A DNA stretch of 64,000 nucleotides. Source: a virus (lineage: Duplodnaviria; Caudoviricetes). Under the pieces are notes generated by a model, which was not told the origin of the DNA, searched no databases, and was given only the letters and a program-made list of their open reading frames with translations. The stretch lies in the IMG/VR virus record IMGVR_UViG_3300033559_000026, positions 4,399-68,398 of that record, one strand, 5' to 3'. A program made the position numbers and the translations under genes. This document shows positions 1-9,083 of this stretch, piece after piece. Position 1 is the first letter of the stretch; each line of letters starts with the position of its first letter.

Positions 1-187
1 ACTCATAACATCCAGTTTTTCCATATACATGACTGGCGAAACTCACTAAAAAGTCACCATGATCATTACAAGTCACTATACTTTTAGTTCTTGTATTTAC
101 AAAGATATACTTTTCGTAATTGTAAGCATTTCCATGTATTTGATTTGCTTTTTGTACATAATACTCTTTTGTTTTCTGTTCAGTCAT
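1..187 (-). CDS. Partial (runs off window start) homing-endonuclease-like protein with Cys/His 'DUF723-like' repeat
   Basis: Manual translation MTEQKTKEYYVQKANQIHGNAYNYEKYIFVNTRTKSIVTCNDHGDF...GC matches the repeat unit of the 14506-15246 protein; AGGAG RBS; AT-rich. Confidence 0.7.
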   Translation of the reverse strand, partial: MTEQKTKEYYVQKANQIHGNAYNYEKYIFVNTRTKSIVTCNDHGDFLVSFASHVYGKTGCYE

Positions 188-314
188 AAATAACTCCTTC
201 CCCAAGGTGGCGCGAACCTCGCATGGAACTACCACACAAGGGTCAGGAAGTTATAAACTATTGCTTTGCGAGGTTCGCTTATAGTTCCTGTTATTACTAT
301 TTATATTATAACAG
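188..314 (-). ncRNA. Structured leader element, copy A (late promoter plus paired segments)
   Basis: TATAAATA at 298-305 (minus); GGAACTA/TAGTTCC and GCGAACCTCGCA/TGCGAGGTTCGC complementary pairs; homologous to five other copies. Confidence 0.75.
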
Positions 315-327
315 AAACTCCAATAAC

Positions 328-543
328 TCAAACAGCCAGAACGCCTCGGAACTCCTGAACACCCTCGGGAGTGGCTGGGAAGGTCATCTTCAAGCCGCCC
401 GAAGCCAGCACAGTCGCGTCTGTGTCAGTCACTTCCACGCAGATGCCGTCATTGTACTTGCTGTCAGCGTCGAAGAAGCGACCCGTGACGCCACGGGTGA
501 AGCCACGGTTGAGCAGGATGGGAACGAAGGGGTTGCTTGACAT
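328..543 (-). CDS. Hypothetical protein
   Basis: ORF with RBS, co-oriented with neighbours. Confidence 0.7.
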   Translation of the reverse strand: MSSNPFVPILLNRGFTRGVTGRFFDADSKYNDGICVEVTDTDATVLASGGLKMTFPATPEGVQEFRGVLAV

Positions 544-552
544 GGTTTTCTT

Positions 553-735
553 TCAGGCAAACGCCGCACGGACGCGAGCGATGACGGGGTTGAGAGGGTT
601 GGTCGGATCGGGATACAGGGCAGGCTTGCCCCAGGCACTCTTGGCGACCCAGGCAGCAAGTGCCTTGGAGTTGTCGCCGTAGACGAAGGCAGCTTCAGTG
701 GCGACTCGGACGGGCATGGTGGGCTTGTTGCTCAT
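553..735 (-). CDS. Hypothetical protein, leaderless
   Basis: TTGACT-16nt-TATGAT then ATG 6 nt downstream. Confidence 0.7.
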   Translation of the reverse strand: MSNKPTMPVRVATEAAFVYGDNSKALAAWVAKSAWGKPALYPDPTNPLNPVIARVRAAFA

Positions 736-772
736 GCCCATATCATAGGGGGCGGGGAGGGAGAGTCAAGAA

Positions 773-958
773 CTACTTGGCGATGAGCTTGGCGAGCAGC
801 TTTAGCACTTCCTTGCCGTCATCTTTCTTTTCGCTGCCGTTCACCATGTTGTTCACCCATTTGTTCCACTTGGATATTAACCACAACACCGCAAGGAACG
901 GGGTAGCGGCGAGGCAGATGAGAGCGGCGGCTCCGATGAGCAGGAGAGCGGACATCAT
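773..958 (-). CDS. Small membrane protein
   Basis: Hydrophobic N-terminal half. Confidence 0.6.
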   Translation of the reverse strand: MMSALLLIGAAALICLAATPFLAVLWLISKWNKWVNNMVNGSEKKDDGKEVLKLLAKLIAK

Positions 959-1266
959 AGCGGCAGCCTCAGCGCCTTCTTCTCAGCATCGGTGAGCTTG
1001 GCGAGCGCAATGCGCTTGACTTCCTCCACATCGTAGTTCCAGTATTCAGCCACCGAAGCGAACAGCGGACCACACACTTCACGAACATCATGCTTCGGAT
1101 CCATCTTGGTGCCCATCACACCATGCTTGCCCCAAAAGCGTTTATCGTTGCAGACGGTGACTGCATCTTCCTTGTTGACGAAGCGAGCAGCCACTACGCT
1201 ATATCCGCGACCCTCCACTCCATCCGAGTTGTAGGTGAGTTCGTAATACTTGAGGGTCTGAGGCAT
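955..1266 (-). CDS. Hypothetical protein
   Basis: ORF; start moved to MPQTLKYY after promoter and RBS. Confidence 0.7.
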   Translation of the reverse strand: MPQTLKYYELTYNSDGVEGRGYSVVAARFVNKEDAVTVCNDKRFWGKHGVMGTKMDPKHDVREVCGPLFASVAEYWNYDVEEVKRIALAKLTDAEKKALRLPL

Positions 1267-1323
1267 GGGGTTCTCTTGGTTGTTGGTCTTATTGTACCAA
1301 TCCACTCACGCAGTCAAGCAGTT

Positions 1324-1503
1324 TTATCGGTCGTCGTCGTAGTGACGAACATCCTCGTCAAGCGAGTCCTCTTCCAGTTCCTTGACCCGAGCCTTGTAGC
1401 CCTTGGTTGCCTTGCCGTTCCAACCGTCGCCCCCCTTGTTCTTCTTCCACTTTGAGGGGTTGCGCTTTGGGCGCTCAACAAACACTTCGTTCTCGTTTTC
1501 CAT
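1324..1503 (-). CDS. Small hypothetical protein (MENENEVF...)
   Basis: Manually translated 59-aa ORF with RBS, below the ORF-track cutoff. Confidence 0.55.
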   Translation of the reverse strand: MENENEVFVERPKRNPSKWKKNKGGDGWNGKATKGYKARVKELEEDSLDEDVRHYDDDR

Positions 1504-1533
1504 GTGATTGTCCTGTTTCCTTATTTCTTTTGT

Positions 1534-1710
1534 TTATTCCTTGCTCTGGACGAAGAGCAAGAAACCGGCGGTTGACATGAACCCGAGAGTGGCGAGGGCG
1601 AATAGGATCGCTCCAAGTGAGCCGCTGGGGTAAGTGACGATGACAGGGGCAGTGATGAGGAAGCCCACGAAGCTGACGATGATGAGGATCTGGCGGAGGA
1701 TGTTGTTCAT
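1534..1710 (-). CDS. Small two-helix membrane protein, leaderless
   Basis: Manual translation MNNILRQILIIVSFVGFLITAPV...; promoter TTGACT/TACAAT 6 nt before ATG. Confidence 0.6.
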   Translation of the reverse strand: MNNILRQILIIVSFVGFLITAPVIVTYPSGSLGAILFALATLGFMSTAGFLLFVQSKE

Positions 1711-1747
1711 GCTAGTATTGTAAGGGGTGGGAGAAACAAGTCAAGGA

Positions 1748-1873
1748 TCACTCGTGAGAGCGACCCTTGTGCTTATTCTTGCGATTGTAGCGGTTCTTGT
1801 CGGTGAACACACGCTTGAAGGGGATGACGGGCAAGCGGGTGACGGTGCCGATGGTGGAGGGCTTGTTGCTCAT
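1748..1873 (-). CDS. 41-aa basic peptide ending DKNRYNRKNKHKGRSHE
   Basis: Manual translation; own promoter. Confidence 0.5.
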   Translation of the reverse strand: MSNKPSTIGTVTRLPVIPFKRVFTDKNRYNRKNKHKGRSHE

Positions 1874-2139
1874 GATGAGGGTATCCTACACCATATTTAT
1901 GGAATGTCAAGCAGGGTTCTTCTGAACCCTCAAGCGGTACAGCCTGCCACGCTTCGGGTGGTTATAAGCACGCATGTAAGCCTTTCCACCGAGTCGGAGG
2001 ATGCGCTTATGCTCACGGAGAGCATCAGTCTTGTCGGTGAAGAAAGCGTCACGGGGGTCATTGAGGTTCATATGGTTTCCTTGTAATCCTATTTTACGGG
2101 TTTGTAGAATAACTCAATCGGCGGTCGCCACTGTATCAC

Positions 2140-2415
2140 TCAGTTAGTCAGACCACAGGCAAAGTTCTCTTCCAGGGTAATCTCATGGTAGAAGAAAGAC
2201 ATGGTGCGGGTGGTGTACCACAGCTTGACCTTGACCTCAATAATGTCGCCCAGGTCACGAACAACCTTGCCAGAGTAGACCCTGGACAGGTTTCTGGCGG
2301 GCTTAACCTTGCCCGAACGCTTGCTGACGTACTCAGGCAGGAACTTGGAACGGAGGCACAGCACGGGCGTACCGGGCTTGAGGGAGGGGGAGCGGGAGGC
2401 AGTTGGGCGCTTCAT
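2140..2415 (-). CDS. Hypothetical protein, leaderless
   Basis: TTGACA/TATGAT promoter 6 nt before ATG. Confidence 0.65.
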   Translation of the reverse strand: MKRPTASRSPSLKPGTPVLCLRSKFLPEYVSKRSGKVKPARNLSRVYSGKVVRDLGDIIEVKVKLWYTTRTMSFFYHEITLEENFACGLTN

Positions 2416-2457
2416 GCTCATATCATAGGAAGCGGAGTTGATTTGTCAATGGGGTGT

Positions 2458-2892
2458 TTACTGACCGTATTGCAACTCTCGCTTCATGTAATCAATAACT
2501 TTTTGATGTTCTTCTATACTACCAGAGCCTTTTAGAGCATTAGCCCTATATGATATAACTTTTACATTCCCCTTGACATATCCACGAGTATTGTCTATTC
2601 TGTCGAGTGTTGGCGAGTTATCACTGAAATACTTTTTATCATCGTTTCCACCTATTATTATAGGTATTCCCAAAACCGGGCAAACCGTAGGAATAACTAT
2701 ATCTTCGACCGATATGTTTATTTCTAAGCCTTTTTCTACTGCTCTCTTTTTAGCAAGATGCAGCAGTATAGAGGGCATTCTACTTTTATATCTTTCTCTA
2801 TCTTTCCTGCGTATTTTGTCTTTATCATCGTCAGTTAGGTTCGCATATTTTATTCTGCGATTTTTATTATTTTGCTCTGTATTCCTTGACAT
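2458..2892 (-). CDS. HNH / His-Me-finger free-standing endonuclease
   Basis: IPTVCPVLGIPI...SPTLDRIDNTRGYVKGNVKVISYRAN motif; AT-rich; paralog of 4862-5533. Confidence 0.8.
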   Translation of the reverse strand: MSRNTEQNNKNRRIKYANLTDDDKDKIRRKDRERYKSRMPSILLHLAKKRAVEKGLEINISVEDIVIPTVCPVLGIPIIIGGNDDKKYFSDNSPTLDRIDNTRGYVKGNVKVISYRANALKGSGSIEEHQKVIDYMKRELQYGQ

Positions 2893-3020
2893 AATAACTC
2901 CTGCTTCCGTGTGGAACGAAACCCGGAATGGAACATCCACTCCGGAAGCAGGCGCTATAATAAACTTGACTTTCCGGGTTTCGTTTACTGTTCCTGCATA
3001 TCTATTTATATTATAGCAGG
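2893..3020 (-). ncRNA. Structured leader element, copy B
   Basis: TATAAATA 3003-3010; GGAACA/TGTTCC, ACGAAACCCGGAA/TTCCGGGTTTCGT, CCTGCTTCCG/CGGAAGCAGG (covers RBS), GTGGA/TCCAC. Confidence 0.8.
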
Positions 3021-3030
3021 TTCCGTTATT

Positions 3031-4266
3031 TCACCCAACAACCTTCAGGTGTGAGAGCATCACACTCTTGCCGAAGCGAGCATTATCATCCAGTTTCTTG
3101 ACCTTACCAGACACCTTGACGGTTGAGCCAGGGGTGAAGCTTTCCTTGGCACCCGAGTAGAAGGAACTGAACGTGTAGCCATCGGTGCTGACCATTTTGA
3201 TGAGCAGACTGGTGCCGAAGGAACTGAACACTTCCTTGACCATGTTGATGCTGACTTCCACCGCAACCTTGTCGCCTTCCTTGCAGGGGTAGAACTCATT
3301 CTTGACGGTTGACTTCACGCTTTCCTTGGCAATCTTGCCGATCTCGTAGTAGATAGCAGCAGCCGCAAGCTGGGCATCCTTCACACCAACATAGCCCTTG
3401 TTGAGCAGAATACCGAACTTGAAGGCAAAGGCATCCAGAGCAGTTGGATTGTTGATATAGGAAGGCAGGATCCGGTCAGACAGACGCTTGACAACCGAAG
3501 CAGCCATAGCCTTATGCTCGTCAGTCGGGGTCATTTCCTTGCGCCAGTCAGCGAGGCGCGGTTCCTTGCCGAGAGTCAGCAGCAGAACATCGTCGCCGGT
3601 CTTGACCTTGCCGAACTCAGCGGCAGCAGCATTGACGAATCCATTCTTGCTCACAAGCGAGATGGTAGCAGCAGCGAACTCGTCCAGGGGAACGACACGG
3701 GGAGCAGCCGAACCGTAGCCCCAGCGTTCCCCGTCGTTGCCGATTTCACTGATAGCAGCATCGAACTCCATACCAGCAACGGCAGCAGCAGGATCCACAC
3801 CCAGGAACACTTCAAGGCAGGTTGAACCGACCATGACAGTTTCATCGTTGCACGACTGAACCACATAACCAGCGTTCCGCTTGCGATTGATGCCGCAATG
3901 CGAGCAGACGATTGGCGAAGTCACGAAGCGAGCCGCATGCTCGTTTGACAGGTTGATGCCCGAAACCTTGTTCCGGGGAACTCCATTGACTTCATCAGCA
4001 TGCTCGACCTTAGCGATGAACACATAATCGCCAGCCTTGCGGATTACTTCATAGTCGATCTTGACCTCATTCCACTCGACCAGTTCCGGAAACTTCTTGT
4101 CCTCGCTCACGTCCACCGTGTAGGAGCGGAGGATGCTGGCAACGGGAGCCTTGCAGCCCAGCTTGACAGCCTTCTTGCCCAGCTTCGCCAGAGCAGCAGT
4201 CAGTTGCTCAAAGCGGAAGGCGGGGATGTTGAGGGTGCGGCTGGCGAGGGTGGGAGCGTTGCTCAT
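3031..4266 (-). CDS. Conserved-type phage protein with CxxC...C motif and probable C-terminal OB-like fold
   Basis: 411 aa; CSHC...VGSTCL; leaderless promoter. Confidence 0.6.
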   Translation of the reverse strand: MSNAPTLASRTLNIPAFRFEQLTAALAKLGKKAVKLGCKAPVASILRSYTVDVSEDKKFPELVEWNEVKIDYEVIRKAGDYVFIAKVEHADEVNGVPRNKVSGINLSNEHAARFVTSPIVCSHCGINRKRNAGYVVQSCNDETVMVGSTCLEVFLGVDPAAAVAGMEFDAAISEIGNDGERWGYGSAAPRVVPLDEFAAATISLVSKNGFVNAAAAEFGKVKTGDDVLLLTLGKEPRLADWRKEMTPTDEHKAMAASVVKRLSDRILPSYINNPTALDAFAFKFGILLNKGYVGVKDAQLAAAAIYYEIGKIAKESVKSTVKNEFYPCKEGDKVAVEVSINMVKEVFSSFGTSLLIKMVSTDGYTFSSFYSGAKESFTPGSTVKVSGKVKKLDDNARFGKSVMLSHLKVVG

Positions 4267-4572
4267 GAGTGTAGTATATGAAGCGGGGGAGGGGAGTCAA
4301 CAGAGAGTTTTACAGTGTGACACAGTGGCGACCGCACCGGGTCGGTCTTGACCCTACTTGCTCACCTTCGGCTTGCGAGCCTTGCTCACCTTGATGGCAG
4401 GGTCGTAGCCGTCATGGTTGATGAGGGAGCGCAGCACATAATCCTTGTCGCAGTTCTTGTCGAAGAACACGGTGTCGATGTTCTTGCGGTTGAGAGTGAC
4501 GGTCCAGGCGTTGCATGCCATGTCAGCGGTTCCTTGGTTGTTGAGCAGAGTATAGGGCTTGGCGTCAGGTTG

Positions 4573-4818
4573 TCAAGCGGCAGCATCCTTGGTGATGGCA
4601 TCCAGCTTATCCTCCATCTGCTTCAGCAGCGAGAGCATCGCCAGGGTCTTGCGGCTCTTGCCCTTGCCGATCCAGGCACGAAGGTCAGCAGCGCAGCCCT
4701 TGGCGTAGCCAGCATCATACTTGATGCCGCCCATCTTGCCAGCGTAGATGCAGTTGCGGTTGAAAAACTCGTCGGCACGCTTGGCGTCGAACGAGAGGGA
4801 GGGGTTGTCGTTGCTCAT
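4573..4818 (-). CDS. Hypothetical protein, leaderless
   Basis: Promoter TTGACA/TATACT abutting ATG. Confidence 0.7.
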   Translation of the reverse strand: MSNDNPSLSFDAKRADEFFNRNCIYAGKMGGIKYDAGYAKGCAADLRAWIGKGKSRKTLAMLSLLKQMEDKLDAITKDAAA

Positions 4819-4861
4819 GCGTGTAGTATAGGCGGCGGGGAGCGGCTGTCAAGCGATGAAG

Positions 4862-5533
4862 TCAGTGTGTCATATACTCTATTATCTTTTTGAGTTCTTC
4901 TATTGTAGAGTCGCGTTTTATGGCATTGGCACGCCACGATATAACTCTCACATTACCCTTGACATAACCTTTTGAGTTGTCAATGCGGTCAAGCGATGGT
5001 GAGTTATTTCTGGCAGTCATTTCACAATCACGATGTATTGGTATTCCAAGAACAGGGCAGACCTCGGGAATAACTATATCGTCAACAGTCAAGTCAAACT
5101 CCAATCCATTACGTTTTGCTCGCCTTTTAGCATCAGACAACAAACGCTTCTCTTTATGCTTTATATAAGCGGCTCTTCCTCGTTCACGTCTCAACATTAG
5201 TTCATCGGGGATTAGATTTTCGGATTTTCGCATTTCATTGAGAAATACCTTATTCCCATTCCAGTGTTTGCGGCTGGTATTATTATGCTTTTCTATCTGT
5301 TCAGGTGTCAAGTTCTCTTTCCGTTTAGCGGCTCTAAGTTCCTCAAGTTCTGATGGCGTTAGACTGCTATATTTTTCTCTATTTTGTAGATTTATTCTAT
5401 CTCTATTTTTATCCACCCATTCTCGTTTCCACCTTCTACCACATTCCAAACAAGTGTTCCTTTTCTTCATGAATAAGGATGCGTTTTTCTCAACGCCACA
5501 TTTATTACAAACTCTTGTTTCGGTATTTTCCAT
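4862..5533 (-). CDS. HNH / His-Me-finger free-standing endonuclease with N-terminal zinc-finger
   Basis: CNKC..CLEC; IPEVCPVLGIPI...NSPSLDRIDNSKGYVKGNVRVISWRAN. Confidence 0.8.
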   Translation of the reverse strand: MENTETRVCNKCGVEKNASLFMKKRNTCLECGRRWKREWVDKNRDRINLQNREKYSSLTPSELEELRAAKRKENLTPEQIEKHNNTSRKHWNGNKVFLNEMRKSENLIPDELMLRRERGRAAYIKHKEKRLLSDAKRRAKRNGLEFDLTVDDIVIPEVCPVLGIPIHRDCEMTARNNSPSLDRIDNSKGYVKGNVRVISWRANAIKRDSTIEELKKIIEYMTH

Positions 5534-5648
5534 AAAATAACTCCTGTTCCAAGTGGTACAAGCCTCGCGGGAACGACCAGCGAGGAACAGGAGTTATAAA
5601 CTTTATTGCTTGCGAGGCTTGTTTACCGTTCCTGTATTACTATTTATA
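5534..5648 (-). ncRNA. Structured leader element, copy C
   Basis: TATAAATA 5641-5648 overlapping the upstream gene's stop; GGAACG/CGTTCC, ACAAGCCTCGC/GCGAGGCTTGT, TAACTCCTGTTCC/GGAACAGGAGTTA. Confidence 0.8.
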
Positions 5649-6251
5649 AAACTTTTTACCGATTTTGCCAATTATTTTTACCCGACTTTCATACTTATCC
5701 CAACAACGGGCGTGATACGCTGTCAAGTCACCTTCACAATCCCGAGAAGCGTTTGCTGCTATTTCTATGTTATGCCCCTCGTCAAGTAATCCGTTGATAC
5801 TCTCAGCAAGGCATGCGCAGAGATTTACTCCACATACACGGAAGGTCACTTCGTCAGCAGGCTTCATCATCTTGCGCAGCGGGTTGCGGTGACGCTTCCA
5901 GCCGTTCATCAGCCCAAGGACGGGTTTCACCCCACGCATCACATCCAGCACTTCCTCGGCTCCGCTGTCATTATCTTTCAGCACATACCACGCACGGGAG
6001 TAGCTGCCAATCTCAGCCCGAATGTCATCATGGGTGCGGGTGGCGAAGTAGCCGTCGCCATCATATTCCAGATTGGCGTATTCCAGCACGATGATGGGGA
6101 GGCGGTTGCGCTTCGCCCAACGAACCTGGGCGCATGCGGCGTTGATGAGCGCCTGTTCTCGACCATCCTTCACACCGAACTGGTCAGTAGTGCCAAGCTC
6201 GCCAGTGAAGTAGGGTTGAAGGTCGCAGACGATGAGGGCGGTAGCGGTCAT
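5640..6251 (-). CDS. Isochorismatase / cysteine-hydrolase family protein
   Basis: LIVCDLQPYF (Asp), KDND (Lys), CGVNLCAC (Cys) triad pattern. Confidence 0.7.
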   Translation of the reverse strand: MTATALIVCDLQPYFTGELGTTDQFGVKDGREQALINAACAQVRWAKRNRLPIIVLEYANLEYDGDGYFATRTHDDIRAEIGSYSRAWYVLKDNDSGAEEVLDVMRGVKPVLGLMNGWKRHRNPLRKMMKPADEVTFRVCGVNLCACLAESINGLLDEGHNIEIAANASRDCEGDLTAYHARCWDKYESRVKIIGKIGKKFYK

Positions 6252-6286
6252 ATGTCACCATCATACAAGGCGGCGGGAGAAGTCAA

Positions 6287-6325
6287 GAAACAAACAAGGG
6301 GAGCCGATTTCTCGGTTCCCCTTTC
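6287..6325 (-). terminator. Intrinsic terminator
   Basis: GGGGAACCGA-GAAA-TCGGCTCCCC followed by TTGTTTGTTT. Confidence 0.75.
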
Positions 6326-6409
6326 AGTCACCACAACCAATCAGTTCATCATCCCCCTGTTTGCGAGCGTCCCCACGCTCTGTCCCAGCCGTCCCATGCT
6401 GGCTGGTAT
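6290..6409 (-). ncRNA. Candidate ~120-nt small RNA
   Basis: TTGACA(6438-43)/TACAAT(6416-21) promoter, two hairpins, terminator, only an 18-codon ORF without RBS. Confidence 0.4.
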
Positions 6410-6447
6410 GACTCTATTGTAAGGCGGTTTCCGGTTTTGTCAATACC

Positions 6448-6648
6448 CTACTCGAAGTACCAGACCTCAATATGTTTCTTTGTGAACTCTTGATAGGTCT
6501 GGATCGACCCACACTCGGGGTCGTTGTCGTGTGGCATCGCATTTCGGTCAGCCCACTTGCGGTAGATGGCTTGCGAGATTGCGTTGCCCTTACGAGCTTC
6601 CTTGAGGGCGGAGAACGCTTGCTTGAGATTAAACTTTGATGGATCCAT
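6448..6648 (-). CDS. Hypothetical protein, tandem paralog 1
   Basis: Aligns by eye with 6657-6857 (A.KGN.IS.A.Y..WA..N.MP...DPE). Confidence 0.7.
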   Translation of the reverse strand: MDPSKFNLKQAFSALKEARKGNAISQAIYRKWADRNAMPHDNDPECGSIQTYQEFTKKHIEVWYFE

Positions 6649-6656
6649 TGTTTCCC

Positions 6657-6857
6657 TTAGTCGATGAAGATGTTCATGTATGCGATGGCGTAGAACTTGT
6701 CGTAATCGGTCACAGCATCGTATTCAGGGTCGGGCAGCAGAGGCATCTTGTTGCTCGCAGCCCACTCGTTGAACACGGCAGCCGATACCATGTTGCCAGC
6801 CTTAGCCAGCACGAACACCTTGTAGGCTTCATCCAGTAGAAGATCGGTGGGCTTCAT
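6657..6857 (-). CDS. Hypothetical protein, tandem paralog 2
   Basis: See 6448-6648. Confidence 0.7.
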   Translation of the reverse strand: MKPTDLLLDEAYKVFVLAKAGNMVSAAVFNEWAASNKMPLLPDPEYDAVTDYDKFYAIAYMNIFID

Positions 6858-7200
6858 GCTCGTGCGCCCCGCAAGACTGCCACGCCGTAGTGCTTGGCAG
6901 CACGCTTCTGAACCTCACGCACACGGATGAGCCTGTCGAGCGCCTTTCCGTTGCGAGGGAAGTCGCAGTAGGCGGCGAGGGCATTCTGGTAGGCGAGGTT
7001 GAGAATGGCGGGGAGGGTCTTGCTCATGCTTATATCGTATCAAGTGGGGAGCGAAGTCAAGCCGAGACTTTTACGAACCTCAGCGGTTTCGGCGGTGGTT
7101 AGTTCAGGCTGTCTCACACGCTCACCGTTCACCGTCAGGGTTCCATCGTAGTTGATGAACTCGGTGGCTCGGTAGTTGTTCAGCCAGATTTCGGCGTTGC

Positions 7201-7428
7201 TCACCCGTTAGCCTCTTCCTCAAGGAACTCGTAAACCTTGTCAGGGATTTCGTCACGGGCGGCGGTGTCCATGTTGCGCACCTTACTGTAGGCACCGCCG
7301 TAGTTGCCTTCCTCCATCATTCGAGCGACAGCGAACATGTCTTCCGCATCGCCAGCATACATCGACATCATATCGGCTTCCTTCTGCTCCTTTGCCTGGG
7401 CAAACTTGCTCTCGGCAGCCTTCTGCAT
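7201..7428 (-). CDS. Hypothetical protein
   Basis: ORF track; start uncertain. Confidence 0.55.
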   Translation of the reverse strand: MQKAAESKFAQAKEQKEADMMSMYAGDAEDMFAVARMMEEGNYGGAYSKVRNMDTAARDEIPDKVYEFLEEEANG

Positions 7429-7465
7429 GAGGTTGATGAGCTTCTGGACTCGGGGGAGATTTTAC

Positions 7466-7708
7466 TCACTTGGCACTCCTGTCACTCTTGACATACCACT
7501 TCTTCGCCTTGGGGTAGTAGACGGCACGGGTGAAGGTCAGCGCAGGGCGGTGAGGGTAGAAGGCAACAGCCTCGCCCGAGTTGATGAGCAGCGCATCAGC
7601 CTTGCGGATGCTGCCAACACCGCTTGACCAGTCGTAGGTATAGGTGTTGGTGATGGTGCCATCCTTGCGAATGACAGAGATAGGCGGGGAGTTGGTCTTG
7701 TAGCTCAT
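7466..7708 (-). CDS. Hypothetical protein
   Basis: Start MSYKTN 8 nt after TACAAT. Confidence 0.6.
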   Translation of the reverse strand: MSYKTNSPPISVIRKDGTITNTYTYDWSSGVGSIRKADALLINSGEAVAFYPHRPALTFTRAVYYPKAKKWYVKSDRSAK

Positions 7709-7740
7709 ATGTGTTTTATTGTAGGAGTGGGTGACGAATG

Positions 7741-7938
7741 TCAAGCGGGAAGCGGCTTACCCGTGGCGTCGAACTTCTCACCAGTGGCGTAGTTGGTGAT
7801 GATGAACTTGCTCTTGTTGATACCCTGGCACTTGAGAGTCTTGACAGCATCAGCCAGCGAGGCATGAGCAGAGAAGGCGTGGATGGAGCCGACGATGCGG
7901 GTGTGGAAGGGATACATGGGGCTGGTTTCCTTTGTCAT
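7741..7938 (-). CDS. Hypothetical protein, leaderless
   Basis: TTGACA/TACACT promoter. Confidence 0.65.
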   Translation of the reverse strand: MTKETSPMYPFHTRIVGSIHAFSAHASLADAVKTLKCQGINKSKFIITNYATGEKFDATGKPLPA

Positions 7939-7968
7939 GCGTATAGTGTAGCGGCTTCCTGCCGAGTG

Positions 7969-8190
7969 TCAAGCGGCAATCGCAGGCACACCTTCCTTGT
8001 AGTGAACGGTGTTCAGGTCGGAGTTCCAGCCAGCCTTGATGTAGGTCTTGTTCTCGAAGCGCAGGGCGTTGGGCATCGCCTTGTATTCCTCGAAGGTGCC
8101 ACCGTTGTAGAACAGCAGCCAGAAGCGACCGTCAATCAACTGATTGGCGGCGGGGAGGTAGGCGTTGGGGATGGCGGTTGCTTGGCTCAT
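7969..8190 (-). CDS. Hypothetical protein, leaderless
   Basis: TTGACT/TATAAT promoter. Confidence 0.65.
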   Translation of the reverse strand: MSQATAIPNAYLPAANQLIDGRFWLLFYNGGTFEEYKAMPNALRFENKTYIKAGWNSDLNTVHYKEGVPAIAA

Positions 8191-8232
8191 GTGTGTCATT
8201 ATAGAAGCGGGGAAGCGAAGTCAAGCACCAAT

Positions 8233-8550
8233 TTAGAGCGGAGCCTTAGCCACTTCCTCGTCTTTGCTCCATGCCAGGATAACAGCATCCAGCATCTTCT
8301 CACGCTCGGCAATCTCTGCCCGAATGTCAGCCTTGACCTTCTCCCATGCAGCAGCCTTGCTCGGGTAAACGGTTTGACTTTCGATTGACTTGCCCTTGTC
8401 AGTTTCATCCTCGTACTCGTAGTAGAAGGAGCCATCAACAGCTTGCTTCACTTCGCTACTGGATGCGCCCTTGCCAGCGGGAATGGGAATGAGGCAGACG
8501 CTCTTGTAGGAGCCGTAGATGCGGTAGAAGGTGTCGGTGGCTTTGCTCAT
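8233..8550 (-). CDS. Hypothetical protein, leaderless
   Basis: TTGACT/TATCAT promoter. Confidence 0.65.
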   Translation of the reverse strand: MSKATDTFYRIYGSYKSVCLIPIPAGKGASSSEVKQAVDGSFYYEYEDETDKGKSIESQTVYPSKAAAWEKVKADIRAEIAEREKMLDAVILAWSKDEEVAKAPL

Positions 8551-8552
8551 GC

Positions 8553-8843
8553 TCATATGATAGGCAGAGGGGCAGACAAGTCAAGCCCGAACTTCTTCTC
8601 AGCGATTACCTTGTCAAGCACATAGTAATCCTGGCAATACTTCACCACGCGGAACGACAGGTGATCCTCGTAATGTTTTTCGTTGAGGCAGGCGGCTTGA
8701 TCCAGCGCACACTTCCAGACGGATCCCCCATACATTTCATAGAGGAACTGGTCAGCACCACTCTCGTAGAGCCAAATGCTGTCAACCTTGTCGGTGACAT
8801 CGGGGATTGCCATTTTGGCAGCGTATTCCTTGTCGGTGAGCAT
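8553..8843 (-). CDS. Hypothetical protein
   Basis: TGATG coupling to upstream gene. Confidence 0.6.
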   Translation of the reverse strand: MLTDKEYAAKMAIPDVTDKVDSIWLYESGADQFLYEMYGGSVWKCALDQAACLNEKHYEDHLSFRVVKYCQDYYVLDKVIAEKKFGLDLSAPLPII

Positions 8844-9043
8844 CAGATGCTCGCAGTCGAGTGGACAACGGGAGCGCCACCCTTCTCAGCCAGGACTACG
8901 GTGACTTCGTACTGCTTGCGAGCCTTGAAGAAAGCCGCAGCCTTCGTCTGAGCCTCGTAGGAGGTTGAGGCGTAAACCTCGGCTCGCTTGCCCTTGTAGA
9001 AGCAGACATAGCCGTTGGTGGAGGGGGCGGGAGTGTTGCTCAT
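8843..9043 (-). CDS. Hypothetical protein
   Basis: Start MSNTPAPSTNGY after promoter. Confidence 0.65.
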   Translation of the reverse strand: MSNTPAPSTNGYVCFYKGKRAEVYASTSYEAQTKAAAFFKARKQYEVTVVLAEKGGAPVVHSTASI

Positions 9044-9083
9044 ATGCTCACATGATAGGGGCTGGGAGCCGCTTGTCAAGGGG

